Positions 7,961 through 17,690 of a stretch of DNA of 21,153 nt are shown piece by piece. The position numbers were made by a program, and so were the translations under genes. The first letter of the stretch is position 1. Each line of letters begins with the position of its first letter. This stretch comes from Phycisphaerae bacterium. GTDB taxonomy: Bacteria; Planctomycetota; Phycisphaerae; UBA1845; Fen-1342. Under the pieces are notes generated by a model, which saw only the letters and a list, made by a program, of their open reading frames with translations, did no database searches and was not told where the DNA came from. The stretch lies in NCBI GenBank assembly GCA_963675745.2, contig CAXXWX010000009.1, positions 1 to 21,153 on the forward strand. Reading direction: 5' to 3'.

Positions 7961-8893
7961 ATGCCCACAGCCGCGCAGTTTCGCCTGATCGACGCGTTCG
8001 CGGCCCGCCCGTACTCCGGCAACCCGGCTGGTGTCGTCATTGATGCCGATGAACTCGATGAGTTCCAGATGCAGGCTATCGCGCGTGAGATCAACGCCAG
8101 CGAGACCGCGTTTGTTAGCCGGACAAACGACCTGCACCGCCCCATGCACTTACGCTGGTTCACCCCGACCAGCGAGGTCGAGTTCTGCGGCCACGCCACG
8201 CTCGCCGCGATCCACGCCCTGGCGGATGCCGGCTGCGTCGACCCGAGCTTGGCGGCTTCCGACCGAGAAGTCGTCTTCGACACGCTCGCCGGTCAACTCA
8301 AGCTCTATTGCGAAGTGCTCGACCGGGCGAAAGACGCCACAGTCTGGTGGTTGCGCATGCCCGACGCGGGGTTGAAGCCTGACCGTGGTAACCTCAAGCG
8401 CACGTGTGAGTTACTGGGCCTGGCGCTTGATGACATCGTCCCCGGCATTCCGATCACGCGTACACGCGACAACGACGTGATCCTCACAATATCGAGCCGC
8501 CGGCGACTTTTCGACATGCAACCGCGGTTCGTCGAGTTGGCGCGCTGGAGCGCTGAGAACCAGGTGCGCGGGTACTGCGTGAGCACACTGGATACCGTGA
8601 GCCGCACGACGACCGTCGAATCGCGGTTCTTCGCGCCGGCGGTCGGCATCAACGAAGACCCGGTCACCGGAAGTGTGCACGGGCCGCTTGCGTCGCTATT
8701 GGTGTCCCAGGAGCTGGTTCCGTTTACGCGTGGACGCGCAGTCCTGAACTGCCTGCAAGGCGAGCCGGCGGGGCGCTGTGGGTTGGTGCGTGTGCTGGTC
8801 GAACGGGCTGACCCCAGCTACCGCGTCGCCATATCCGGCCAATGCTTCACTACGCTGACGGGTGAGCTGTGCGTACCCCCGCAGCGGGAGTAG
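7961..8893 (+). CDS. PhzF-family isomerase/epimerase
   Basis: Motifs DAFAARPYSGNPAGV, EINASETAF, RWFTPTSEVEFCGHATLA and SRFFAPAVGINEDPVTGS. AGGAG RBS upstream. Confidence 0.93.
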   Translation: MPTAAQFRLIDAFAARPYSGNPAGVVIDADELDEFQMQAIAREINASETAFVSRTNDLHRPMHLRWFTPTSEVEFCGHATLAAIHALADAGCVDPSLAASDREVVFDTLAGQLKLYCEVLDRAKDATVWWLRMPDAGLKPDRGNLKRTCELLGLALDDIVPGIPITRTRDNDVILTISSRRRLFDMQPRFVELARWSAENQVRGYCVSTLDTVSRTTTVESRFFAPAVGINEDPVTGSVHGPLASLLVSQELVPFTRGRAVLNCLQGEPAGRCGLVRVLVERADPSYRVAISGQCFTTLTGELCVPPQRE

Positions 8894-9194
8894 CAACCCG
8901 CCGCGGCACCGACTTGCTTCCCCGCCGGACGCGTAATATCTGCGTTGGACCCTTTCCGTAGAGCCGGCCTTGCGCTCCGGGATAGCCACACGGCGGGCCC
9001 CGCGGCCGTGAAAGGGGTTGCTAGAATCGGCGATTCCGCTGAATATAGGCAGATGGCAGGGGTAGAATTGCGCTGACAGAAGTTGTCGCCGGCCAGGGGG
9101 GCGGGCTGCGCGTCTGCTGCTGTTGGCCCAATGGGCACGGGTGTCAGCTATGCCCCGGCCTCTTTAGCCGGCATATTCCAGGGAGGTAGGTTGC

Positions 9195-11936
9195 ATGCGG
9201 GTCTGGATACTGACGTCCGAATTGCCCCACGAGTTCGCCGGCGGGATCGCGCGCTACGTGGACAACTTCGCGCGCACCATGGGGGCCGCGGGCCACGAAG
9301 CTGTCGTGATATACCGGACGGACAAAGCGGCTGATCAGCTCGTGGCGCCCGGGTTTCGGGCTATTGGCGTCGTGCCACGCTACGAGCGGCTGACCGAGGC
9401 CCCACGCAGCAGCCAACCGGACGAGCATCCGGCTTATCCATACAACATCATGGCGTACTGGCCGGCGTTCAGCTATCAACTGGCCGAGGAAGTGCTGCGT
9501 CTGATCGACGAGCTCGGTCCCCCCGACGTCATCGAAAGCCAGGAGTTCGCCGCACTTCCTTACTACCTGTTGCAACGCAAGCTGTCCGAGCGCACTCCTC
9601 TCAGCGAGATCCCGATCATCGCGCACATGCACAGCGCAATGTTCGACCTCATGCGAATCAACCAGGAACCGCGTTACCGCAATCCGGATTACTGGCTCGG
9701 CCAGATGGAGAAGTTCTGCCTGACGGCGGCGGACGCCGTGCTCAGCCCCAGCGAGTTTCTGAAAGGCTGTGTCGCGCAGACCTTCAACGGCGCCTTCCCG
9801 ATTGAGCGAATCCCGTATCCCTTCATTGCCGACTACGAATGCCCGCCCGCTGAAGGCACGCCCGGCGAGCTCGTGTATGTCGGACGGCTCGAATGGCGCA
9901 AGGGCGTTACCGGCTTGACTGACGCCTGTGCGCGTCTGTGGCAGCAGGGCCGCGATTTCCGGCTGAACATGATCGGCGGTGACGTCATGTTCGCCCCGAA
10001 GGGCTGCACGATCGGCGACATGATCCGCGCCCGCCACCAGAAGTGGATCGACAGCGGCAATCTGAATCTGCTTGGCCAGGTCAAGTTCACCGACGTGCGC
10101 GCACACGTGCGCAACGCCTGGGCCGCCTTGATACCCAGCCATTGGGAGAACTTCCCCAACACCGCCATTGAGACCATGGCCGCCGGACAAGTCGCCGTGG
10201 TCTCCCGGCAGGGCGGACAGGCCGAAATGGTGGCGGAGGATGGTATCAACGGCTTCATATTCGATTGGGAGAAGCCCGGCGACCTTGATCGGCAACTCGA
10301 GCGTGTGCTCGACCTCGACGCGTCGCAACGGCTGGACATCGCGCGACGCGCCCCGCAGCGCATCAAGTCGTTGTGTGATCCAGCGCTTGTGCTGCCGCGC
10401 CGCCTGGAGCATTTCCAGCGCGTTATCGACAATCACAAACCGCGCAGTGTCTTCCCGACGACCTTCCCAACCAGCCGCGAGACGCCGCAGCCCGTGCCGG
10501 CCGCGCTGGTGGCGGACGAGCCCGAGACGCCCGGCCTGCTGTCTGTCGTCATTCCGTTCTACAACCTCGCCGAGTACATCGACGAAACGCTCGACAGTGT
10601 TCGCGCAAGCACCTATTCGCCGATGGAAGTCATCATCATCGACGACGGCAGCACGGAAGAGGCCAGCGTTCGGAAGATTGCCGAGATCGAGGCGCGCAAT
10701 CTGCCCGGAGTGCGCATTGTCCGCACGGACAACCAGGGGCTGGCCGCGGCGCGCAACAACGCCGTGCGCCTGGCGCGCGGCGAATTCATCGCGCTGGTAG
10801 ATGCTGACGATCTGATCGAGCGCGACTTCTTCGCCCGCGGCGTGGACGTGCTCAACCGGTACGGTAACGTGGGTTTCGTCTTCGCCTGGGTCCGCTACTT
10901 CGACAATACCACGGGTATCTGGCCCGCCTGGAATGCGGAATTTCCCTACCTGCTCGGGCACAATATGACCTGCGTGCTGAGCGTGGTGCGGCGATCGGGC
11001 TTTCTGGCGGCCGGCGGAAACAACCCCGCCTTTGCCTACGCGCTGGAGGACTATGCCGGCTGGGTCGGCATGCTCGAAGCCGGCTATGTGGGCGTAAGCC
11101 TGGCCGAACCGCTCGTGCATTACCGCATTCGACCAGGATCGATGCGCCGCAGTATGAACGATGATCAGGCCGTGTACTTGCACGATCTGCTCACCCAAAC
11201 CTATCCGGATGCGTACCGGCGTTGGGGAGCTGAGCTGTTCAATCTCCAAAACGCCAACGGTCCGGGACGCTTGTGGAACCACCCGGCGATGGATTCGGCG
11301 GACGCCACCGGCTCGGAAACGCAACGCCGCGTCATCGACGAGTTGCGCGCCTGGACGCGTGACGTGGAACAGGCCAAGGGCTGGGTCGAGCAGCAGTGGG
11401 AGGCCTCGCGCGCGAAGGTGACGGCGCAGGAAAGCACGATTGCCGAGCTGCGCGCGTGGGCCGCCGAGCTCGAGAAGTCCAAGGCCTGGCTCGAGCAGCA
11501 GTCTGCGAATTGGGAGAGCACGGCCGATCGTGCCCAGGGCGTGCTGCGCGAACACAAGGCCTGGACCGCCGAGCTCGAAGAGTCCAAGGCCTGGCTCGAA
11601 CAGCAGCGTGAACACTTCATGGCGCGCGTGGGCGAGCAGGAAAACGTGATCAGCGAGCTGCGCGCATGGATCGGCGAGCTTCAACAGGCCAAAGACTGGC
11701 ACGACGGCCAGCGCCGTCACCTCGAGACCGTAACCCAGGAGCTACACGCCGCCCTTGAAAACCAGCGGGCCGAACGCTCCGGCGTGACCGGCGCCTACCT
11801 GAGCCGGCTGCGCAATCAGTGGTGGTGGCGGATGGGACGCGGTGTCGCGCGCGCCACCGGTGTGCGCGGCCGCGCGCCAACCATTGGCTCATCCGAAACA
11901 TCTGACGCCGACAACGGGGCCGCCAAGAAAGACTAG
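9195..11936 (+). CDS. Fused GT4 (GT-B) + GT2 (GT-A) glycosyltransferase with a C-terminal coiled coil
   Basis: GT4 motifs GGIARY, VGRLEWRKG and ENFPNTAIE (EX7E). GT2 motifs LSVVIPFYN, IIDDGS, GLAAARN, LVDADD and EDY. GGAGG RBS upstream. Confidence 0.92.
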   Translation: MRVWILTSELPHEFAGGIARYVDNFARTMGAAGHEAVVIYRTDKAADQLVAPGFRAIGVVPRYERLTEAPRSSQPDEHPAYPYNIMAYWPAFSYQLAEEVLRLIDELGPPDVIESQEFAALPYYLLQRKLSERTPLSEIPIIAHMHSAMFDLMRINQEPRYRNPDYWLGQMEKFCLTAADAVLSPSEFLKGCVAQTFNGAFPIERIPYPFIADYECPPAEGTPGELVYVGRLEWRKGVTGLTDACARLWQQGRDFRLNMIGGDVMFAPKGCTIGDMIRARHQKWIDSGNLNLLGQVKFTDVRAHVRNAWAALIPSHWENFPNTAIETMAAGQVAVVSRQGGQAEMVAEDGINGFIFDWEKPGDLDRQLERVLDLDASQRLDIARRAPQRIKSLCDPALVLPRRLEHFQRVIDNHKPRSVFPTTFPTSRETPQPVPAALVADEPETPGLLSVVIPFYNLAEYIDETLDSVRASTYSPMEVIIIDDGSTEEASVRKIAEIEARNLPGVRIVRTDNQGLAAARNNAVRLARGEFIALVDADDLIERDFFARGVDVLNRYGNVGFVFAWVRYFDNTTGIWPAWNAEFPYLLGHNMTCVLSVVRRSGFLAAGGNNPAFAYALEDYAGWVGMLEAGYVGVSLAEPLVHYRIRPGSMRRSMNDDQAVYLHDLLTQTYPDAYRRWGAELFNLQNANGPGRLWNHPAMDSADATGSETQRRVIDELRAWTRDVEQAKGWVEQQWEASRAKVTAQESTIAELRAWAAELEKSKAWLEQQSANWESTADRAQGVLREHKAWTAELEESKAWLEQQREHFMARVGEQENVISELRAWIGELQQAKDWHDGQRRHLETVTQELHAALENQRAERSGVTGAYLSRLRNQWWWRMGRGVARATGVRGRAPTIGSSETSDADNGAAKKD
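11340..11759 (+). repeat. Four tandem 35-aa (105-bp) Trp-rich coiled-coil repeats inside the glycosyltransferase
   Basis: Units start at 11340, 11445, 11550 and 11655: ELRAWTRDVEQAKGWVEQQ / ELRAWAAELEKSKAWLEQQ / EHKAWTAELEESKAWLEQQ / ELRAWIGELQQAKDWHDGQ. Confidence 0.9.
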
Positions 11937-12050
11937 AGTCCGCTGCCGGCTCGCGTCACTGAGGTGCGGTCCGCTGTTCTTAGCGGTTGAAGACCCGTGC
12001 CACGTCTTGGGGACCGCGTCTTGCTCGTCGGCATGGGTCGGCGCGTGCTT

Positions 12051-13397
12051 CTACGCCGTGGGCGACGCCTCCTGATATACGTGTACGTCTCGTTGCGGGA
12101 ACGGAATCGAGACGCCTTCCGCGTCGAAACGCTCTTTGACCTGTTGGGTCACATCCCAATATACAGTCCAGTAGTCGGAGGTCTTGGCCCAGGGGCGACA
12201 GACGAAGTTCACGGATGAATCGGCCAGCTCGTGCAGCTTTATGACCGGGGCCGGCTCATCCAATACCAGCGGATGCGCGCGGAGGATATCCTCCAGGATA
12301 TGTTGCGCCTTACCGATGTCATCCGCATAACCGATCCCGAATACGAGATCCACACGCCGCGTCGGCAGCCCGGTCACGTTGGTGACGACGCCACCCCAGA
12401 TCGAGTTGTTGGGCACGATCACGCGCTGGTTGTCGGGCGTCTTGATCTGCGTGGAGACCAGGCTCATCGACTCGACCGTACCGAGGACGCCGGCCACATT
12501 CACCACGTCGCCGACATCGTACGGACGATAGGCCAGGATCATGAGCCCCGCGGCAAAGTTGCTCAGCGTGCCCTGAAGAGCAAAGGCGAGAATGAAACCA
12601 CCAGCGCCCACTACGGCGACCAGCGGACCCACTTTGAACTCGAGCATGGTGGCGGCGAATAGCAGGCCGATCAGCATGATGGCGCGGCGCACAAACGTCC
12701 TGGCGAAGTCGCGCAGCAGGTCACTGGTGTTTCGCGAACGTTCCAGGGCTTTGCCGATGGCCTTGGAGATGAGCCGCGAGAGCACCCAGAAAACCACCAA
12801 CACCACGAAGAACAGGATGATGTTCTTTGCCCAGCGAATACCGCCTTCGGGTGACTTCAGCCAGCCGAGGATCGCGGCCGACGTCGCCTGTACGTCGGAA
12901 ACATCCATCGTGATGCCGGCGACGGCCTTCACATAGAGCTCGTATTCGCTGATGTCGCCGCCCTTGAGTTCGAGAGCGGCAAGCACCGTATTGACGCGGT
13001 CGATCAGTGCGGTGCGCTCCGTATTGAGCGTGTTAACGCCCTCGAGCAACTCCGCCCGTTCCTCCACTTCCGGCGTTGATTCCTCGGGTGTCTCCTGTTG
13101 CGCTTGCTCGATCCGTTTGTTCTTGTGCTTGACGCCGAGCTCGTACTTGCTGATCTCAGCCACTTTGGCCTTCAGCAGCGCCAGCCAGGCATCAGCTTCC
13201 ACCACCAACTCATCCTTGGTCAGAGGGCGGAGCATCAGCTTCAGTTCCTCCAACGGGACAGCGGGATCGCCGGCGGTCTGCGCCGCAGGGGCAGCCGCGG
13301 ATGGAGAATCCTGAGCGATGGCGCTGGGAGTCATGCCCGGTAACGCACCCAGCGATAACACGACCAGGCAGATGGCCAGAGCGCGCAGATTCAACAT
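12051..13397 (-). CDS. mscS: Small-conductance mechanosensitive channel with an N-terminal exported helical domain
   Basis: Motifs AFALQGTLSNFAAG, RPYDVGD, DNQRVIVPN, RRVDLVFGIGY, LADSSVNF and GVSIPFPQRDVH. Start ATG 13397 (AGGAGAG RBS) is followed by a signal peptide. Confidence 0.92.
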   Translation of the reverse strand: MLNLRALAICLVVLSLGALPGMTPSAIAQDSPSAAAPAAQTAGDPAVPLEELKLMLRPLTKDELVVEADAWLALLKAKVAEISKYELGVKHKNKRIEQAQQETPEESTPEVEERAELLEGVNTLNTERTALIDRVNTVLAALELKGGDISEYELYVKAVAGITMDVSDVQATSAAILGWLKSPEGGIRWAKNIILFFVVLVVFWVLSRLISKAIGKALERSRNTSDLLRDFARTFVRRAIMLIGLLFAATMLEFKVGPLVAVVGAGGFILAFALQGTLSNFAAGLMILAYRPYDVGDVVNVAGVLGTVESMSLVSTQIKTPDNQRVIVPNNSIWGGVVTNVTGLPTRRVDLVFGIGYADDIGKAQHILEDILRAHPLVLDEPAPVIKLHELADSSVNFVCRPWAKTSDYWTVYWDVTQQVKERFDAEGVSIPFPQRDVHVYQEASPTA

Positions 13398-13738
13398 GTT
13401 CAACTCTCCTGTTGGTTCGGGTTTCGTGTGATCGGTACCGCCTGAGCCCTGAGCACCACGGATTCTACTGACATCATGCCCGCCGTCCACTGGTCGCGTC
13501 GCACACGGCGAGTTTACCCGCCGGTCCCGCAGGTCGGCTCGACACGCAAACCAAAGCTGGAGACGCTGGTGCGCCACGCCGGACCGGCGCGATCAGCGCG
13601 CACCGGGCGATGGGGGAATAGCACGGCGAGTCTGTACCATGAGGCCGCACGTGAACGATTGCGCGGCTCGGAAGCGGTTGCGGGCTTGCGGCCCACCACA
13701 TTTGTACCGTGGCGTTGCCCCCGAAGACAGGTGAATGG

Positions 13739-14380
13739 CTATCCGTTGCCCGCGTGCCTCTGCGTCGTTTCGTTCGCCTGCTCGAGCGCAAGCGCCGTAC
13801 GCACCAGCTCAGCTACGCTGGTGGCCTCAATCTTCTTCATTACGTGGGCACGATGGACCTCGACCGTTTTCTGGCTGATCCCCAGCTCGCCGGCGATCTG
13901 CTTGTTCGCCCGGCCAATGGCGATCAGTGCCATGACCTCGCGTTCGCGCTGGGTCAGGCGCGCGTAACGCTGCTCGACGTCGCGCCGGCTGACTTGCTCG
14001 GTACGCATCTGATTGTCATAGGCCAGGGCTTCGTGAACGTGGTCGAGCAGCTCCTGATCGCTGAACGGCTTCTCGACAAACCCGATAGCGCCGGCCTTCA
14101 TGGCGCGTACCGCCGACTGAACCTCTCCATGTCCGGTCACGATGATGACCGGTATGGCGATGTTACGCTCAATCAGAGAAGCCTGGAGGTCGAGGCCACT
14201 CGTGCCCGGCATACGCACATCCAAAACCAAACAGCCCGGGCGCGCCGGGTCGTAGGTCTTCTGAAAATCCTCCGCCGACGCAAACGTCTCTACGCGCAGC
14301 CCGACTGACTCAGTCAGCCAGCGAAGCGACTTGCGCATCGCCGGATCATCATCGACAATGAAAACCGTCGGCGTGCTCAT
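13739..14380 (-). CDS. FixJ-family response regulator (REC + LuxR HTH)
   Basis: Motifs VFIVDDD, LVLDVRMP, AMKAGAIGFVEKP, LTQREREV and NKQIAGELGISQKTVEVHRAHVM. Confidence 0.95.
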   Translation of the reverse strand: MSTPTVFIVDDDPAMRKSLRWLTESVGLRVETFASAEDFQKTYDPARPGCLVLDVRMPGTSGLDLQASLIERNIAIPVIIVTGHGEVQSAVRAMKAGAIGFVEKPFSDQELLDHVHEALAYDNQMRTEQVSRRDVEQRYARLTQREREVMALIAIGRANKQIAGELGISQKTVEVHRAHVMKKIEATSVAELVRTALALEQANETTQRHAGNG

Positions 14381-14382
14381 GG

Positions 14383-15627
14383 TCAGTGCTCCTCTTCAGC
14401 CGATGGCAGGGTGAACCGGAAAGTGATACCCCTGTCAGAATTGGGTGCCACGCAGATCCGGCCACCATGCGCTTCGATTATTGAGCGGCTGATTGACAAC
14501 CCCAGGCCCAAGCCATCGGGCTTGGTGGACACGAAAGACTCGAAAAGCTGCTCATTGGAAATACCAACCAGTCCGGGCCCCACATCGCGAACCGCCACCT
14601 CGACGAAGCCGTCGTCTGCCCGGCGCGTATCCACCGTGACCGTCGGTGACGGCGTCGCGCTGGCGAGCATGGCCTCCATCGCATTTCGGACCAGGTTGAC
14701 CAGCACTTGCGTGATCTGGATGCGGTCAACCTCGACGTGCGGCAGGTCGTCGGCCAGACCGAGGTCTATGGCGACGTGATGTTGCTGGGTCGATATTCCC
14801 GCCAGCGCCAGGGCATCGCGCACGATCAGGTTCACGTCCGCGGCTTCCCTGGGTGGTGACTGCTTACGGACGAAGGCGCTGATGCGCCGGATGATCTGGC
14901 CGGCCCGTTCGGCCTCGGCGCGCATCTCTTCGATCGCCGGAAGCAGCTCCATGGGCTCGCGGGCTTCCGTGGCGATGCGTCGCTCGCATCCACTGGCATA
15001 ATTGATGATCGCCGATAGTGGTTGGTTTAGCTCGTGGGCGATCTCGGATGCCATCTTGCCGAGCGTGCTGACGCGCGAGACGTGCAACAACTCCTCTTGG
15101 CGTCGCTGGGCGTCCTCCTCCGCCTGTTTGCGATCGGTGATGTCCTCTGCGATGCCGATTCGCAACGGCGTACCATCAGTGGCAGTGCCCAGCGATGCGG
15201 TCCGCAGGGCTATCCAGCGCGTCGGGTCGCCGTTCATGTGGGCGTGGAATTCGGTGGTGACTTCGTCGATCGCCCCTTTGGCGCGGCGGAGATCGTTCAA
15301 CACTCGTGCGCGATCGGCGGAGTCAATCCAATCGGTCCAGCCAAAGCCGGCGTGTTGCTCGTCGTGAACTCGGGCAAGCGCCTGGGCGCGCGGGTTCATG
15401 TACAGGCACCGGCCCTGGTCATCCAGCAGCAACATCGCGATCGGGGCCGAAGCGCAGCAGCGCATCATGCGTGCCATGTCTTCGGTCAGGCGCAATTCTC
15501 CGGCGTGGAAATCGGCCTGCCCGTTGGCACCCGCCGGCGCCCGGTCGTTCAACGACTGCCGCAATTTTGGTGGAGCCTCCACGTTGTCATTCCGTTTTGT
15601 GCCCGCCGGGCCGGTATACCGATGCAC
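14383..15627 (-). CDS. Soluble PAS-domain sensor histidine kinase (FixL/TtrS-like kinase core)
   Basis: PAS/PAC ending in EDITDRK; H-box EIAHELNQPL; N-box QVLVNLVRNA; G boxes DVGPG and GLGLGLSISRSI. Stop lies 2 nt from the regulator start. The start codon is uncertain. Confidence 0.9.
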   Translation of the reverse strand: MHRYTGPAGTKRNDNVEAPPKLRQSLNDRAPAGANGQADFHAGELRLTEDMARMMRCCASAPIAMLLLDDQGRCLYMNPRAQALARVHDEQHAGFGWTDWIDSADRARVLNDLRRAKGAIDEVTTEFHAHMNGDPTRWIALRTASLGTATDGTPLRIGIAEDITDRKQAEEDAQRRQEELLHVSRVSTLGKMASEIAHELNQPLSAIINYASGCERRIATEAREPMELLPAIEEMRAEAERAGQIIRRISAFVRKQSPPREAADVNLIVRDALALAGISTQQHHVAIDLGLADDLPHVEVDRIQITQVLVNLVRNAMEAMLASATPSPTVTVDTRRADDGFVEVAVRDVGPGLVGISNEQLFESFVSTKPDGLGLGLSISRSIIEAHGGRICVAPNSDRGITFRFTLPSAEEEH

Positions 15628-15897
15628 CCGTTTGGCGCACTATATAGTACTGATTTCCTCCCATTTTGGCCTGAGAATGTCAGGGAATATATTGTCGTCC
15701 GATAAACGCCGGTAGAGGTGGCTTAGTCCCGCGTTCTGTTTGGCCTGGAGTCGCCGGCTAAAGAGTGGCTTTATATCGCGACATGTTTCGGCGCAGTGTG
15801 TAACGGCCGGAACCTCGCCGCCGATCGCCAGCGAACGGAGCGCCGTCTGCGACACTGCAACGCTGTACGCGCCGAACGGCCGCGCGGGATAGCGACG

Positions 15898-17448
15898 TTA
15901 AAACGCCTCGGTGATGCTCTTGCCCTGCATGAAGAGCTGCAAGTAGTCGCGCCCGCCGGCCTTGGAGTCGGTTCCCGACATGTTGAATCCGCCGAAGGGC
16001 TGCACATCGACCAGTGCGCCTGTGCACTTGCGGTTGAAATACAGGTTGCCCACGTGGAACTCGTAGCGGGCACGCTCTAGGCGGCAGCGGTCGTTGGAGA
16101 ACAGTGCGCCGGTCAGTCCGTATTGCGTTCCGTTGGCAATCGCCAGGCCGTCATCAAAGTCCTTGGCCTTGATCACCGCCAGCACCGGCCCGAATATCTC
16201 CTCCTGGGCGAGGCGCGCGTTGCGATCCACGTCGGCGATGATCGTCGGGGGAATGAAGTATCCGCCTTCGGGCACCGGCGTGCCGGCGAGCAGTGGCCGG
16301 CCCTCGCGCTTGCCGATTTCGATGTATTCGCCGATCTTGCCATGGGCGTTTTTGTCGATGACGGCGCCCATGAAGATGTTTTCGGGGCTGGTCGTATCGC
16401 CGATCGTGAGCAGCTTGGCGCGTTCCGCGACCATTTCGAGCAACGCGTCATATATGTCCGCGTGGGCGATCAGGCGCGAGCACGCCGAGCACTTCTGGCC
16501 CTGAAATCCGAACGCCGACGCCACAACGGCCTGGGCGGCGGACTCGATATCGGCGGTTTCATCAACCAGGATGCAGTCTTTCCCGCCCATCTCCAGCACC
16601 GATCGCTTGAGCCAAATCTGACCGGGCGAAACCTTGCCGCACTTTTCGAAAATGCCCAGCCCGACCTCCATCGAGCCGGTGAACGAGACAAAACGCGTGA
16701 GCGGGTGTTCTACCAGCGTGTCACCGATCTGTGCGCCCGATCCCGGCACAAAGTTCAGCACGCCCGGCGGCAGTCCGGCTTCCTCGAAGATTTCGGCCAT
16801 TACCGCCGCAACCACCGGTGATGTGCTCGCCGGCTTCAGCACGACGGTGTTGCCGGTAACGATGGCGGCGCTGGTCATGCCGCAACAAATCGCCAGCGGG
16901 AAGTTCCACGGCGGGATCACGACGCCTACGCCCAGCGGCATATAGCGGTATTCGTTATCTTCACCGGGGAAGGGTGTGACGCCTTGCGGGCCGGAGAGCC
17001 GGATCATGTCGCGGGCGTAGAAGTCGAGGAAGTCGATTGCCTCGCAGACATCGGCATAGCCCTCGATCCAGCTTTTGCTTTCTTCGTGGCACTGCCAGGC
17101 GGCCAATTCGTAGAGACGCCGGCGCATGATCGCCGCCGCCTTGACCAGCACCTTGGCGCGGGCGTGCGGGTCGACGCGGCTCCAGGTCTTAAACGTCTCG
17201 GCCGCAATCTTGATGGCCTGCTCGGCTTGTGCCGCTGAAGCCTTGGAGACAAACCCGACTACGTTGTCGTAGTCGGCCGGCTTCACCGATTTGATGGTCT
17301 CCGATGTCTCGATCTTCTTTTCGCCGATCCGCAACGGATAGGATCGCCCGAGTTGGGACTTCACACACGCCAGCGCCGCGGCCATCTTCTTCTGTGGTTC
17401 AGCTTCGGCGAAATTGACGTACGGCTCGGGACGATACGGCATCAACAT
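15898..17448 (-). CDS. pruA: L-glutamate gamma-semialdehyde (1-pyrroline-5-carboxylate) dehydrogenase, monofunctional RocA/PruA type
   Basis: Motifs EAIDFLDFYAR, PPWNFP, FTGS, LEMGGK, FGFQGQKCSA, EEIFGPV and QPFGGFNMSGTDSKAGG. Start ATG 17448 with GGAGGT RBS. Confidence 0.92.
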   Translation of the reverse strand: MLMPYRPEPYVNFAEAEPQKKMAAALACVKSQLGRSYPLRIGEKKIETSETIKSVKPADYDNVVGFVSKASAAQAEQAIKIAAETFKTWSRVDPHARAKVLVKAAAIMRRRLYELAAWQCHEESKSWIEGYADVCEAIDFLDFYARDMIRLSGPQGVTPFPGEDNEYRYMPLGVGVVIPPWNFPLAICCGMTSAAIVTGNTVVLKPASTSPVVAAVMAEIFEEAGLPPGVLNFVPGSGAQIGDTLVEHPLTRFVSFTGSMEVGLGIFEKCGKVSPGQIWLKRSVLEMGGKDCILVDETADIESAAQAVVASAFGFQGQKCSACSRLIAHADIYDALLEMVAERAKLLTIGDTTSPENIFMGAVIDKNAHGKIGEYIEIGKREGRPLLAGTPVPEGGYFIPPTIIADVDRNARLAQEEIFGPVLAVIKAKDFDDGLAIANGTQYGLTGALFSNDRCRLERARYEFHVGNLYFNRKCTGALVDVQPFGGFNMSGTDSKAGGRDYLQLFMQGKSITEAF

Positions 17449-17615
17449 GGCGGCGGACCTCCATCGCGCGTGGTTACATGGTGAGCCGGCCGCAAATCGC
17501 GGGCCCCTGCCCCGATCCCGGCCGGAGATTGTGCTTGTAACACCGCCGGCGACAGGATTCAAGAGGCGGGAGAAAGTGGACACGCCGGGGCACGTTTAGA
17601 CGTCATCCAAGCAGA

Positions 17616-17669
17616 GTGCCGGGCGCCGCGACGACGGCTGCTTGCGTCGGCATGCGCGGCGCCCGGCAC
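17616..17669 (-). terminator. Strong GC hairpin downstream of the WD40-DM13 gene (terminator or 3' stabiliser)
   Basis: Perfect 15-bp inverted repeat GTGCCGGGCGCCGCG (17616-17630) / CGCGGCGCCCGGCAC (17655-17669), 21 nt past the stop. The U-tract is weak. Confidence 0.55.
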
Positions 17670-17690
17670 CTGTCTGAACGGCGTTTCCAA

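Noticed and set aside
7961..8893. Phenazine biosynthesis cluster
   Set aside because: Only a lone PhzF-family gene is present, with no phzA/B/D/E/G. Stand-alone homologs are widespread.
9144..11720. 858-aa minus-strand ORF
   Set aside because: It is the antisense shadow of the motif-rich glycosyltransferase. Such shadows are expected with high-GC codon bias, and its repeats merely mirror the coiled-coil repeats.
11955..12022. Hammerhead ribozyme
   Set aside because: The conserved CUGANGA and GAAA core elements are not present.
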